This document shows, in pieces, positions 34,858 through 44,921 of a stretch of DNA of 64,000 nucleotides. The notes under the pieces were generated by a model. The model was not told the DNA's origin and searched no databases. It saw nothing but the letters and a program-made list of their open reading frames with translations. How positions within the stretch are numbered: the stretch's first letter is position 1; every line of letters starts with the position of its first letter. Made by a program: the position numbers and the translations under genes. The stretch is from an uncultured Methanoregulaceae archaeon (GTDB taxonomy: Archaea; Halobacteriota; Methanomicrobia; Methanomicrobiales; Methanospirillaceae), in assembly GCA_963705255.1 (NCBI GenBank), contig OY970061.1, positions 1,888,001 through 1,952,000 of the forward strand. The letters are read 5' to 3'.

Positions 34858-35066
34858 GCGCAGGTTGCGGATTCCCTACTCGTGCAGAAGAAGTAAGAAC
34901 GGACAATGACCGGACTGTCACGGTTATGAGGGGGGGGTCAATGCCCAACCCCCACCCTTTCTCAATAAAATGGCAGGCGACCCCCCGTGTGACTATGTGT
35001 GAAAGCAGCTGTTCAGAAGTGAATTTCATGGAAAACTGGGGGCTTAGGATTGCAAATATAGGGGGG
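34858..35066 (+). repeat. Right copy of diverged direct repeat
   Basis: GCGCAGGTTGCGGATTCCCT...GCAGAAGAAGTAAGA...AATAAAATGGCAGG...AAGTGAATT shared with 33253-33725. Confidence 0.85.
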
Positions 35067-35238
35067 TAGGAGTACGGGGGGTGGTCGGGAAGGCAGTTTT
35101 CCATAGGAAACCGAAGGCGTTTACACCGGACGACCGGGACCCGGTCAGTTCTGTGCAGGTACCCCCGTGGGGGTCGGGTGGTTGGGCTAGGGGGAGGGGG
35201 TTTCAGGATTTTAGAGAAGACGGTGAGTTGCCGAAGTT

Positions 35239-36540
35239 CTACTTTTCCTTCTTCCCTTTTCCCTTCTCAGCAGTCCCGAACAGCTCGTTCACCATCTTGA
35301 CCGCACACAAATCCCCGCACATCGAGCAGGTCTCCTGTTCGCCATCGCGGTCGCGGATCCGCTTCGCGTGGGCGCCGTACAACGCGAGTCGGAACTGACC
35401 GTCCCAGTCGAGCCGGTGCCGGGCGTCCGCCATCTGCACTTCGCGCTCCATCCGGTAACCCTCCGGGCGCCGGACCGTGTCCCCGATGTGCGCCGCAATC
35501 TTCGCGACCCGGGTCCCCTCAATGATATCATCGACGAGCGGGAGGGCGAGGTGCTCGCTCGGCGAGACCATGCAGAGGAAGTCGGCGCCGTTCAGACAGG
35601 CAACCGAGCCGCCGATAGCCGCAACGACGTGGTCGTAGCCCGGCGCGATATCGGTGATAAGGGGCCCGAGCAGGTAGAGCGGGGCATGGGCGGTGATCTC
35701 CTTGATCATCCGCACGTTGTAGCCCACCTGGTCGAGCGGCATATGGCCGGGCCCCTCGATCATCCGCTGGACACCTGCCGCATGCGCCCGTTTCGCCAGC
35801 GTTCCGAGCGTCACGTACTCCACGGATTTGGCGAGCTTCTCCGCGTCCTGCAGGCAGCCGGGCCGCATCCCGTCACCGAGGCTGATGGTCACGTCGTACC
35901 CGGCAAGCATCTCAAGGAGGTAGTCGTACTCGGCATAGAGGGGGTTCTCCTCGTCCCGCTGCATCATCATCGCGCAGTGGAACGACCCGCCCCTGCTCAC
36001 GACCCCCATCAGCCGGGGGTCTGCCCGGAGGGCGGCAAGGGCTTGCCGGTTCACCCCGCAGTGGAGCGTCAGGAAGTCAACTCCCTGTTCGCAGTGCTCG
36101 CGGATTACCTTGAAGAGCAGGTCGGCGTCGACATCACCAGCATTGCCCGCCCTGCGGACTGCTTCGTAGACCGGGACCGTGCCGACCGTCGTATCGAACG
36201 CAAGGATTTTTTTCCGGATTGCAACCAGATCCCCACCGGTCGAGAGGTCCATCAGCGCGTCTGCGCCGTTCTCCAGTGCTGCCTGTGCCTTCTTCTCCTC
36301 GAGCGCGGGGTCACACCGGGTGCCGGACGTACCGATATTCACGTTTATCTTGACCTGGCACCCTTCGCCGATCGCACAGAGCCGGTGCTTTCGCTCCGGG
36401 TTTGCCGGGATGACAATCCTCCCGGCCGCAATACCCCGTGCAAGCGATGCCGGGTCAGTTCCTTCCGCCCGTGCCGCAGCTGCGAGTTCTTCCGGTGCCC
36501 CGCGGCAGCACCTGCGGATGAGCGTATCCATAAGAAACAT
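35239..36540 (-). CDS. thiC: Phosphomethylpyrimidine synthase (ThiC family)
   Basis: KINVNIGTS, MDLSTGG, SRGGS, SLGDGMRPG, EGPGH and CSMCGDLC. Start is 36540 or 36531; a Bza-type paralog is not excluded. Confidence 0.88.
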   Translation of the reverse strand: MFLMDTLIRRCCRGAPEELAAAARAEGTDPASLARGIAAGRIVIPANPERKHRLCAIGEGCQVKINVNIGTSGTRCDPALEEKKAQAALENGADALMDLSTGGDLVAIRKKILAFDTTVGTVPVYEAVRRAGNAGDVDADLLFKVIREHCEQGVDFLTLHCGVNRQALAALRADPRLMGVVSRGGSFHCAMMMQRDEENPLYAEYDYLLEMLAGYDVTISLGDGMRPGCLQDAEKLAKSVEYVTLGTLAKRAHAAGVQRMIEGPGHMPLDQVGYNVRMIKEITAHAPLYLLGPLITDIAPGYDHVVAAIGGSVACLNGADFLCMVSPSEHLALPLVDDIIEGTRVAKIAAHIGDTVRRPEGYRMEREVQMADARHRLDWDGQFRLALYGAHAKRIRDRDGEQETCSMCGDLCAVKMVNELFGTAEKGKGKKEK

Positions 36541-36565
36541 CTGTCCCGGCTCCTTATTATTGTGC

Positions 36566-37167
36566 ATGAAGGTCAGGTGGATCCCGGGGGATTCGGTCTT
36601 TGCCAATTCGTATATTTTCGGGAATATCCTTATAGACGCTGGCGTGGTGCCCATGGCGGTGGCCCCGTACAAAGAGGCAATCGAAACGATCGTGCTTTCG
36701 CACTGCCATTTCGATCATACGGCCCGGGTCAAAGAGATCGCGCATATGTGCAGGGCAAAAGTCGCCATCCACAAGGCAGACGCACGGGGGCTTGTCGAGG
36801 ATGCCCACAGCCTCTCCATGCATTTTGGCGCCCGCTCCCCCGGCATCGTCCCAGACATCGTCCTAGCTGATGGAGACACAATCTGTGATCTCCTCGTCCT
36901 TCACACGCCGGGACATACCCCGGGCAGTATCTGCCTCTATTCTGAACGGGACAAGGTGCTCATCAGCGGGGACACGGTATTTGCGGACGGGTATTTCGGG
37001 AGATACGACTTCCCGGGCGGGAGCAGGACCGAGCTTTCGCGGTCGCTTGACCGGCTCTCGCTTCTCGATGTCGAAGGCTTGTACGCAGGGCATGGCGAAC
37101 CGACCGATGAGGGGGCAGCCGCTGCATAGCCGCGGCACAGGGCCTCATGAAGAGCGGGTATGGATAA
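36566..37167 (+). CDS. MBL-fold metallo-hydrolase, frameshift near the 3' end (~37112)
   Basis: SHCHFDH, HTPGHTPGS, SGDT and YAGHG. The probable true C-terminus RCIAAAQGLMKSGYG* is in another frame. Confidence 0.85.
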
Positions 37168-37618
37168 AGGGATCTACTGCCTCGTCTTTGAAAACCCGGG
37201 CTGTACCATCAGCATCGGCGCCCTTGGGCCGGTTGCGTTTGCTCCCGGCTGGCATATCTACGTCGGGTCGGCGCTCGGCAGCGGGGGGCTGAAACGGCTC
37301 GCACGCCATATTGCCCTCTCGGAGGTAAGCGACCGGATGCCGACATGGCATATCGACTATCTGCTCACCAGTAACGATTTTTCGCTCCGGTACGCGGTGT
37401 ATGCCAAAACACGGGAAAACCTCGAGTGTCCGCTTGCACGGGCTTTAGGTGATCCTGAAATTTCTGGCTTCGGGTGCAGTGATTGCCGTTGTCCTTCCCA
37501 CCTGTTCCATCGGCATGCCGATCCGGCGCAGGAGATCCTTATGGCGTTCCGGGGTCTGGGTCTTGACCCGGTCACCAAAACCATCATGAGCCTGCAGTGC
37601 AGTAAGGGTAACATATGA
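37160..37618 (+). CDS. GIY-YIG/Uri-type endonuclease (DUF123-like)
   Basis: KGIYCL...YVGSA, WHIDYL and FGCSDCRCPSHL. Confidence 0.85.
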   Translation: MDKGIYCLVFENPGCTISIGALGPVAFAPGWHIYVGSALGSGGLKRLARHIALSEVSDRMPTWHIDYLLTSNDFSLRYAVYAKTRENLECPLARALGDPEISGFGCSDCRCPSHLFHRHADPAQEILMAFRGLGLDPVTKTIMSLQCSKGNI

Positions 37619-38169
37619 AGGTGCTCGGTATATCGGGAAGCATGCGCAGGCACGGGAATACCGCACAACTCGTAGGGATAATCCTCAAGCGCTGCAATGA
37701 TGCCGGGATAAAAACCGAATTCGTCTCCCTTTCAGGGAAGAAGATCCTTCCCTGTATCGGCTGCGAGAAGTGCAAGGAGACGAAGTGGTGTTCGATCGAG
37801 AAGGACGACTGGGGCGCGATTGCGCAGAAAGTGATTGACTGCGATGTGCTTGTGATCGGTTCGCCGACCTATTATTACGACGTGTGCGGGCAGCTCAAGA
37901 ATTTCATAGACCGCACCTACTCGCTCTATCACGACCGAAAGCTGGCAGGACGGAAAGGGATTGCCGTTGCAATCGAGGCCTCGAAAGGCGCACACCGCAC
38001 CATCCAGACTCTGGAAGGCTTCCTGAACGCGCACGAGTTTTCATCCCTCGGGTCGGTAAAAGGGAGCGGTTATCTCGAAGGGGATATCCTGAACGATGCC
38101 CAAGCCCTGAAACGGGCAGAGAAGATTGGTGACAGGATTGTGCGGCTGCTGAAGCCGAATCACGACTGA
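37615..38169 (+). CDS. Iron-sulfur flavoprotein (flavodoxin family)
   Basis: GSMRRHGNT, CIGCEKCKETKWC, GSPTY and LKNFIDR. Confidence 0.88.
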   Translation: MKVLGISGSMRRHGNTAQLVGIILKRCNDAGIKTEFVSLSGKKILPCIGCEKCKETKWCSIEKDDWGAIAQKVIDCDVLVIGSPTYYYDVCGQLKNFIDRTYSLYHDRKLAGRKGIAVAIEASKGAHRTIQTLEGFLNAHEFSSLGSVKGSGYLEGDILNDAQALKRAEKIGDRIVRLLKPNHD

Positions 38170-38633
38170 TCGCTATCATACCCGTACTTTTTTCCGGTCA
38201 TTTCCCGGATCTCGACCCGGACGACGCAGACCCGCTGCAGTTCTTCTTCCGAAAACGGGTATTCGGTCCCGCCATAGTGGCTCATGATGCAGTTGAGCCC
38301 TGTTTTCTTCTCTTCGAAGGTCTCCACGATGCATGCAGTGGCGGCGCAGATCACGCTTTTGTACCGGACCTCCCATGTACAGGGGCTTGAATCCCGGAGC
38401 GGACCCTCATACCGGTCCACCTCAACACAGCAACGCGGGTTTTTCCTGAGCATGGTGATCTTTCTGCCTTCGCCAGCCGAGTGGAAATAGAGCACACGAT
38501 CCCTGTAGCCAAAACAGAGCGGAACGACATAGGGTTCACCATCGTCTGCCAGTGCAAGCCTGCAGACTGACGCGCCGACAAGGATCGATTCCATCTCAGC
38601 GGGATCCGTAATCTCCCGCTCTTTCCTTCTCAC
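38160..38633 (-). CDS. Pyridoxamine 5'-phosphate oxidase-like FMN-binding protein (NimA family)
   Basis: RRKEREI...PYVVPL...YFHSAGEGRK...NPRCC...YKSVI. Start GTG 38633; the longer track ORF is an artefactual extension. Confidence 0.85.
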   Translation of the reverse strand: MRRKEREITDPAEMESILVGASVCRLALADDGEPYVVPLCFGYRDRVLYFHSAGEGRKITMLRKNPRCCVEVDRYEGPLRDSSPCTWEVRYKSVICAATACIVETFEEKKTGLNCIMSHYGGTEYPFSEEELQRVCVVRVEIREMTGKKYGYDSDQS

Positions 38634-38695
38634 AACTCTTTCACGTCCTGAAGTCCCGTACTGAACGAGTGGGCGCGGGTTCCCGTATTCACTTG

Positions 38696-39784
38696 TTAGA
38701 CCAGTTCGTATAAGGTAGTACGGCGCCGGAGCGTCCTGCCAAGGTCTTCTGCAACCCGCTGCATCTCTTTCGGGTCGAGGTAATCCGTGTTGGTCGCGCC
38801 CGCACCCTTGGATATGCTCTCCTCGTACATGGTCCCGCCAAGGTCGTTCCCGCCGGCAACAAGTCCCAGCTGCGCCATCTTTATCCCCTCTTTCACCCAC
38901 GAGACCTGGATGTTGCGGAAGTTGTCCAGGAAGAGGCGCGCAACGGCGACCATCAGGAGGTCTTCCCTCCCCGTTGCCCCGGCACGGGCCAGGCCCTGCC
39001 GGAATATCGGGGTGTTCATGTGGATGAACGAGAGCGGGACGAACTCGGTAAACCCGTGCGTCTCGTCCTGGATCTTCCGCAAGATCGAGAGATGTTCGAC
39101 CCGTTCGGCATCGTTCTCGCAATGCCCGTACATGATCGTGGCTGTTGTCGGGATGCCCATCGCGTGCGCCTCGCGGATGATACGGACCCACTCACCCGTG
39201 GAGATCTTATCCCTGCAGATAGTCTCACGGACTGAATCCACCAGGATCTCGGCGGCAGTCCCGCACATGGATCCGAGGCCGGCACCTTTCATGGCGGCGA
39301 GGACGTCCTTTGTGCTCATCCCGCTCTTCTTGGCCGCGTAGGCGACTTCCATCGGATTGCCGGCGTGGAGGTGGACTTCCGGTGCCGCCTCACGGATCCA
39401 GCGGTAGACCTCGATGTAGGACGCTGCCGTAAACTCCGGGTGGAGACCGCTTACCGTGCAGATCTCCGTGACCCTGCGCTTCTTTGCGAGCGCCGCTTTC
39501 TCCTGGATCCCGGTTTTGTCATGGAAATAGACCCCCTCATCACCGGGCTTTTTCGAGAAACCGCAGAACCCGCAGGCATTCACGCAGAGGTTCGTGACAT
39601 TGATGTTCTGGTTCCTGACATAGGTCACTGCGTTCCCGGCCCGCTGTTCGCGCACCTCGTCTGCTGTTGACGCGATCTCCCAGACCTGCCGGTCGCGTAT
39701 CCCGAACAACAACCGTGCCTCGTCTTCGCTCAGGCGGTGGCCATCTCTCACATTGTCAAGAAGTGTCTTCAGCTGCCGGTTCAT
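38696..39784 (-). CDS. cofH: FO synthase subunit 2 (radical SAM)
   Basis: TNLCVNACGFCGF, GTAAEIL, TIMYGH, NIQVSW and GNDLGGT. Confidence 0.9.
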   Translation of the reverse strand: MNRQLKTLLDNVRDGHRLSEDEARLLFGIRDRQVWEIASTADEVREQRAGNAVTYVRNQNINVTNLCVNACGFCGFSKKPGDEGVYFHDKTGIQEKAALAKKRRVTEICTVSGLHPEFTAASYIEVYRWIREAAPEVHLHAGNPMEVAYAAKKSGMSTKDVLAAMKGAGLGSMCGTAAEILVDSVRETICRDKISTGEWVRIIREAHAMGIPTTATIMYGHCENDAERVEHLSILRKIQDETHGFTEFVPLSFIHMNTPIFRQGLARAGATGREDLLMVAVARLFLDNFRNIQVSWVKEGIKMAQLGLVAGGNDLGGTMYEESISKGAGATNTDYLDPKEMQRVAEDLGRTLRRRTTLYELV

Positions 39785-39897
39785 TGCATACCCCGCTTCT
39801 GTTCAGGCAGTGTATTTCCCGCGGAGAAGTAAAGGTATCGCATCAACCGTGCACATGATTATTACTCCCCCGCGCCAACCATCTCTCAAGGAGCGCT

Positions 39898-40197
39898 ATG
39901 GAGTTTATCGAAGTGCATCTGTCACGGAAAACAGCAGACGGATTTGTCATCCCTCTTGGCCCGGCGAACCTCGTCGCGGTCAAAACCGACGTGGGCATGG
40001 TGGGGTGCGGGGCGTTTGATGTTGCAGCGCTTGATTCGTTCAGCTATCCCGCGGCAAAAGTCAGGCCGGCCCTCGGGCCGTCTATCGCGGACACCGACGA
40101 TATTCTCAAGGGAATTATCAAGGAGGCAAACCGCTCGGCAATGGGGCGCGGTATCAAAACCGGCATGACCGGCAAAGAAGCGCTGGAACTGCTCTGA
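39898..40197 (+). CDS. YunC/DUF1805 family protein
   Basis: GMVGCGAFDV and GIKTGMTGKEAL. Confidence 0.8.
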   Translation: MEFIEVHLSRKTADGFVIPLGPANLVAVKTDVGMVGCGAFDVAALDSFSYPAAKVRPALGPSIADTDDILKGIIKEANRSAMGRGIKTGMTGKEALELL

Positions 40198-40256
40198 TCC
40201 CGTTTCCAGAACCCTGCATTTCACTCCGTTTTTGTATTTGGTACGCTATTTAGCGT

Positions 40257-41342
40257 TCAGACGATCTCGTACAGAGTTGTCCGTTGTTTCAGCGTCCGGC
40301 CGATATCCTGCACGATGCGGTTCATATCTTTGGGGTCGAGATAATCGGAGCCGGATGCCCCGGCATCACCGCTCACGTCATCGGTAAACATCGTTCCTGC
40401 AAGGTCGTTGGCACCGGAGAGCAGGGCGAGCTGGGTCATCTTGAGCCCGACCTTCCCCCATGCCACCTGGATATTGTCGAAGTTATCGAGGAAGAGCCGG
40501 GATACTGCGATCATCAGGAGATCCTCCCGCCCGGTGGGCCCGGCCCGGGCGATTCCCTGCTGGTAGAGCGGGGTACTGGTATGGACATACGGGAGGGTCA
40601 CCAGCTCCGTGAACCCATGGGTCTCATCCTGGATCGTCCTCAGGAGCCCGAGGTGCTCGGCCTGGTCCCCGGCAGTCTCGTACGACCCGTACATGATGGT
40701 CGCCGTGGACCGCAGGCCCATCGTGTGCGCTTCCCTGATGATCCGGATCCAGTCGGCAGTGGAGACCTTGCGGGGGCATATCACCTGTCGCACCGAGTCC
40801 ACGAGGATCTCTGCTGCGGTACCCTGGATGGTCCCCAGTCCTTCTGCCCTGAGCCGTGCAAGTACTTCCGGCGTTGAACAGCGGGCTTTTTTTGCGGCAT
40901 GGGCGACTTCGTCCGGGCTGAACGCATGGACATGGACCCCCGGGGCTGCCTCGTGGACCCAGTGGATCAGGTTGGTGAACGTATCAAGGGTGAACGCCGG
41001 GTGGACCCCGGAGAGGAGACAGATCTCGGTCACCCCGCGTTTGTGTGCCAGCCTCGCCTGGGCCTGGATCCCTTCCCGGTCATGGCAGTACGCCCCGGCA
41101 TCGGTCGCTTTCCTGCCAAAACCGCAGAAACCGCAGAGGTTCTTGCAGATATTGGTCACGTGCAGGTTCTGATTCCTGACGTAGGTGACCACGTTCCCCG
41201 CCTTCCGTTCCCGCATCTCATCAGCAGCTTCGGTGATCCTGGCAATCTCCCGGCCCCGGGTTTTCAGGAGCGTGACCGCTTCTTCCTCCGTGAGACGGTG
41301 GCCGTTCAGGGTATCAGCGAGGAGCGTCGAAGCCGTTGTCAT
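40257..41342 (-). CDS. cofH: FO synthase subunit 2 paralog (radical SAM)
   Basis: TNICKNLCGFCGF, GTAAEIL and GANDLAGT. Confidence 0.88.
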   Translation of the reverse strand: MTTASTLLADTLNGHRLTEEEAVTLLKTRGREIARITEAADEMRERKAGNVVTYVRNQNLHVTNICKNLCGFCGFGRKATDAGAYCHDREGIQAQARLAHKRGVTEICLLSGVHPAFTLDTFTNLIHWVHEAAPGVHVHAFSPDEVAHAAKKARCSTPEVLARLRAEGLGTIQGTAAEILVDSVRQVICPRKVSTADWIRIIREAHTMGLRSTATIMYGSYETAGDQAEHLGLLRTIQDETHGFTELVTLPYVHTSTPLYQQGIARAGPTGREDLLMIAVSRLFLDNFDNIQVAWGKVGLKMTQLALLSGANDLAGTMFTDDVSGDAGASGSDYLDPKDMNRIVQDIGRTLKQRTTLYEIV

Positions 41343-41357
41343 CCTTGCCTCCTCTGT

Positions 41358-42075
41358 CTACTTCTTTCTCTTCCCGGGTTTCTTCGGCTGTTTTCCCGTC
41401 CGGGCACTCTCCTCCCGCGAGCGGAGGTACAGTTCGTGGAGGATCATGATGACGACGACAAGGATGACCACTTCAGCGATGTGGAGGGGAAGGTAGCCCA
41501 CGAGCGGGATGGTGAAGAGGGCCTTGCCTACTATCCACTCATCTTTGACCGGTTCGGGCGTACCGATACCCTCGTAACTGACGAACTGGTCGGGGGCCGG
41601 GTTGTTGTCGCCCCACGTGATATACCCGTCGTGGGGCACCGTATAGTTCGTACGGGAGCTGCACGCCGCGGATCTCCGTGATCGGCGTGTCGGTAGTCGC
41701 ATAGACCATCGCCCGGTGGATGATCGGGTGTACGGAGGTCATACCATTGGGTTTGTAAATGACGACGTCCCCGTAACCGTTGAACTTCGTTACATTGGCC
41801 TCCTTTGCATCTTCCCAGGTCATGAACTCGCCGTACCGGTCCTTCTGGACAACGACAACGAGGTCGCCGATGTTCATGTTGGGGGTCATGCTTCCCGACT
41901 CGATAGTGACGACTGCGGGCCACGTGCCGCAGAGAAGGTAAAGGATGAGCGCAATTGTACCGACGACACCGGCAACCCAGAGGAGGTCGCGGGCAAGCGA
42001 TACCGCCCAGTGATCGCTTGTACGGAATTGCGCCACCAGCGCGCGAATGTCCCGGGATTTTTCTTTTTCTGCCAT
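41358..42075 (-). CDS. Signal peptidase I (S26, archaeal type), frameshift near 41655
   Basis: ESGSMTPNMNIGDLV and PIIHRA in frame 1; GYITWGDNN...WIVGKA...IPLVGYL in frame 2. Confidence 0.88.
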
Positions 42076-42133
42076 CGTGTACGCCTGTCAGGGATTTTTG
42101 TATGGTTCCGTATAGTGTTGAACCTCTTCCGCA

Positions 42134-42784
42134 TTAACCATGCGGGACGGGGGATTCCCCGGGGTCAACGAAGCAAGAGTACCCCGAAAAAAAATAGATG
42201 CCAAAGAGGATGAGAAATACACCGCAAACCGCCATGACCCGGTGGTATGTTGTGGCCGACAGGACCGTCCTTCCCCGTGATACACTGGCGGACACGAACG
42301 TGTACCAGCCGGTATCGGCGCACCAGTGGCCGATCATGAAGACTGCGGCCAGCACCAGCCCCCCGGAGAGGCCGGCGATAACCATGGCGCTCCCGACGGA
42401 AAGCCACCAGATCCAGAAATACGGGTTGGCCGCGCTGGTCAGGAGGCCGGCCAGATACGGGTTCGTGACTGCACCATCTGCCGTTGTTTCCAGCGATGCA
42501 CTCCTGCTGCCGGCAATCGTCAGGACGCCAAAGACCACAAGGGCGATGCCCCCGACAACGGAGATGAGCGCCGCATAGGGGCGTGCCACCGTCGTCAGGC
42601 CAAGAACGATCAGCAGGAAGATGACGGCCTCGACAACCATGTGCCCGAGAGAGATTTTCAGGCCGGTGGCCCAGTTCCCGGTAAGGGAAGCGTGAATGGT
42701 AGCGACAAGCGTCGGGCCGGGTGCAAGTGCTCCGGTAAGGCCGATAACAAATCCGAGCACCAGCATTGAGGGGAGGTCGTACAT
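42134..42784 (-). CDS. LysE family transporter
   Basis: GALAPGP, GH...E, ANPYFWIWW and GHWCAD. The true stop may be near 42165 if a homopolymer slip is present. Confidence 0.85.
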   Translation of the reverse strand: MYDLPSMLVLGFVIGLTGALAPGPTLVATIHASLTGNWATGLKISLGHMVVEAVIFLLIVLGLTTVARPYAALISVVGGIALVVFGVLTIAGSRSASLETTADGAVTNPYLAGLLTSAANPYFWIWWLSVGSAMVIAGLSGGLVLAAVFMIGHWCADTGWYTFVSASVSRGRTVLSATTYHRVMAVCGVFLILFGIYFFSGYSCFVDPGESPVPHG

Positions 42785-42922
42785 GGGTCCCGAGCGTTCC
42801 AAAACCGGTAGTAGGTTGATCCGGGAAGGATATCAACACTGCACTCCGGCGTCCCGCTCCCGGCAATGCCCATGCACATGTCCGATAACAGCCTATATTT
42901 TATCGGCGGCCAATACTCTTGT

Positions 42923-44320
42923 ATGCTTGATGCGCAGGAGATCACGCTCAGGTTCCTCGATACCAAACTGCAGGTGCACCCCGACGTGGTGCGTTATATC
43001 CAGGAACAGGACGAGCCTGACCTGATCGACCGCATCATCGCGCAGGTCCCGGATAACACCATCGTCGTCTCCTCACACCATATCCCCGGGATGCATGCCA
43101 CACGTGACGGAACGAGGTTCCTCGTTGATCCCATGGTTGAGGTCGTGAGCGGGAGCGCAGGCACGTCCGGAGCTGTCAACGGTACCGGTGACTACCTGCA
43201 CTATTTCCGGGACCGCTACAACCGGCTCGGCAGCATGATCCGGGGGCGTGTCGGGGCTATGCCCATCGAGGACCTCACCCGGTCGAACCGGTACCGGCAG
43301 GAGGAGTGCACTATCATCGGCATGGTCGTCGAGGTCAAGACCACGACCAACGGCCACCGCATCGCCGAGATCGAGGACTCTTCCGCAAGCATATCCGTGC
43401 TCTTCCGGAAAGACCGCCCGGTGTTTGGCGATGCCGAACGGATCATCCATGACGAAGTGATTGGGGTAAGGGGAAAACTCTCAAACGACGGGCGGCTCTT
43501 TTTTGCCGAGCAGCTCTACCGCCCGGATATCCGTATCGACAATACACCGTTCAAGAGCGAACAGCCGGGCAGTGCGGTCTTCATATCCGACGTCCATGTC
43601 GGCAGCAATACCTTCCTCGGGGAGTGCTGGAACCGGTTTGCAGACTGGCTGTCCGATTCCGATTACGGGTATCTCCTCATTGCCGGGGACCTCGTGGACG
43701 GGATAGGCATCTATCCCGGACAGGAAAGCGAACTCACGATCAAGAACATCTATGAGCAGTATGACGCGTTCGGTGCCATGCTCAGCGACCTCCCGTCACG
43801 GATCAGGATCATCGTTTCGCCTGGCAACCACGATGTCGTGCGGGGTGCGGAGCCCCAGCCGGTTATCCCCGCAGCCTTCACAAAAAAATTCCCGTCCAAC
43901 TGCCTGCTGGTCGAAAACCCTGCCGTCGTCAACCTCCAGGGAGTCCGCGTGCTGATGTATCACGGCAGGTCCATCGATGACATGATCGGCCTGATTCCCG
44001 GTGCTTCCTACGAGCAGAGCGGGCTGATGATGGAAGAGATGCTCCAGCGCCGCCACCTTGCACCGGCGTACGGGAGGAAAACCCCGATTGCTGCCGGGAA
44101 GACCGACCGTCTCATCATCGACCCGCTGCCCGAGATCCTTCATACGGGCCATGTCCATATCAAGGGCATTACAAACTACCGGGGCGTGCTCGGGATCAAC
44201 GCGGGTACCTGGCAGTCCCAGACCGCGTTCCAGAAGCAGATGAACGTCAACCCTACCCCCGCGCTGGCCGTGGTCGTGGACCTGCAGACGCTGGTGCCGG
44301 AGACGGTCAGTTTTGCATGA
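42923..44320 (+). CDS. polB: DNA polymerase II (PolD) small subunit DP1
   Basis: YFRDRY, OB fold and phosphoesterase motifs SDVHVGS, GDLVDG, PGNHD, YHGRS, RHLAP and HTGHVH. Confidence 0.94.
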   Translation: MLDAQEITLRFLDTKLQVHPDVVRYIQEQDEPDLIDRIIAQVPDNTIVVSSHHIPGMHATRDGTRFLVDPMVEVVSGSAGTSGAVNGTGDYLHYFRDRYNRLGSMIRGRVGAMPIEDLTRSNRYRQEECTIIGMVVEVKTTTNGHRIAEIEDSSASISVLFRKDRPVFGDAERIIHDEVIGVRGKLSNDGRLFFAEQLYRPDIRIDNTPFKSEQPGSAVFISDVHVGSNTFLGECWNRFADWLSDSDYGYLLIAGDLVDGIGIYPGQESELTIKNIYEQYDAFGAMLSDLPSRIRIIVSPGNHDVVRGAEPQPVIPAAFTKKFPSNCLLVENPAVVNLQGVRVLMYHGRSIDDMIGLIPGASYEQSGLMMEEMLQRRHLAPAYGRKTPIAAGKTDRLIIDPLPEILHTGHVHIKGITNYRGVLGINAGTWQSQTAFQKQMNVNPTPALAVVVDLQTLVPETVSFA

Positions 44321-44423
44321 TGTCCGGATACGCGGTGTCCTGATATCTGCTATTTCTGGAAACGCGAGAGACTACTATTCCCGTACCCCCGGGGACTCCG
44401 GCAACTGCCCTCAGCAGCCGGAT

Positions 44424-44921
44424 CTACCTGTCCCGGAGTACTGCTGACAGGATCTCCAGGTTCCGGCGAAAAAGTGCCTCACCACTCCCGGACAGCCCTT
44501 TTTCAGGCTCCGAACGGTCCGGCTGGATGCCCAGCAGGGTCACCCCTGCCCCGGATTCCTGTGCCAGGAATTCCATGACAACCGAAAGAGGCAGGGCGTG
44601 GGTAGAGAAGAGACCTGCCTGGATATTCTGAGGGTCAATGACCGCGATCGTGCCGGGCTCTGCTCCCATATCGGCTGCATCGAGAAAAAGGGTGTGGTCC
44701 GGCCTGAACCTGCGGACGGGCCCCGTGACGCTTTCCGGTACTGTCCCCGTAAGGAAGACACCGACATGCGACAGGTGCAGCTGATCGATCTTTTTCGCCG
44801 CAACCATGCCAAGCCGGTCAGATGGCAGGAGCTCGTCGCCGACACCAACGATCGCGATGCGGCGGGCCTCTTTCAGCCTGCGCCTCAGGATCGGCCCGAA
44901 ACCGGGATCTACCTGTTGCAT
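44424..44921 (-). CDS. hycI: Hydrogenase maturation endopeptidase
   Basis: VGVGDEL...D, TGTVPES, LDAADMG, STHALPL and LLGIQP; last gene of the hydrogenase operon. Confidence 0.88.
   Translation of the reverse strand: MQQVDPGFGPILRRRLKEARRIAIVGVGDELLPSDRLGMVAAKKIDQLHLSHVGVFLTGTVPESVTGPVRRFRPDHTLFLDAADMGAEPGTIAVIDPQNIQAGLFSTHALPLSVVMEFLAQESGAGVTLLGIQPDRSEPEKGLSGSGEALFRRNLEILSAVLRDR

Noticed and set aside
35368-36870. 500-aa plus-strand ORF and similar long antisense ORFs (e.g. 29764-31017, 45571-46680)
   Set aside because: Shadow frames of well-supported genes in GC-rich DNA.
37160-37618. GIY-YIG protein as a homing endonuclease
   Set aside because: It is the short DUF123/Uri type, overlapping its housekeeping neighbours, with no intron or intein context.
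38634-39191. N-terminal extension of the 343-aa ORF at 38160-39191
   Set aside because: It overlaps cofH out of frame; family similarity begins only at GTG 38633.
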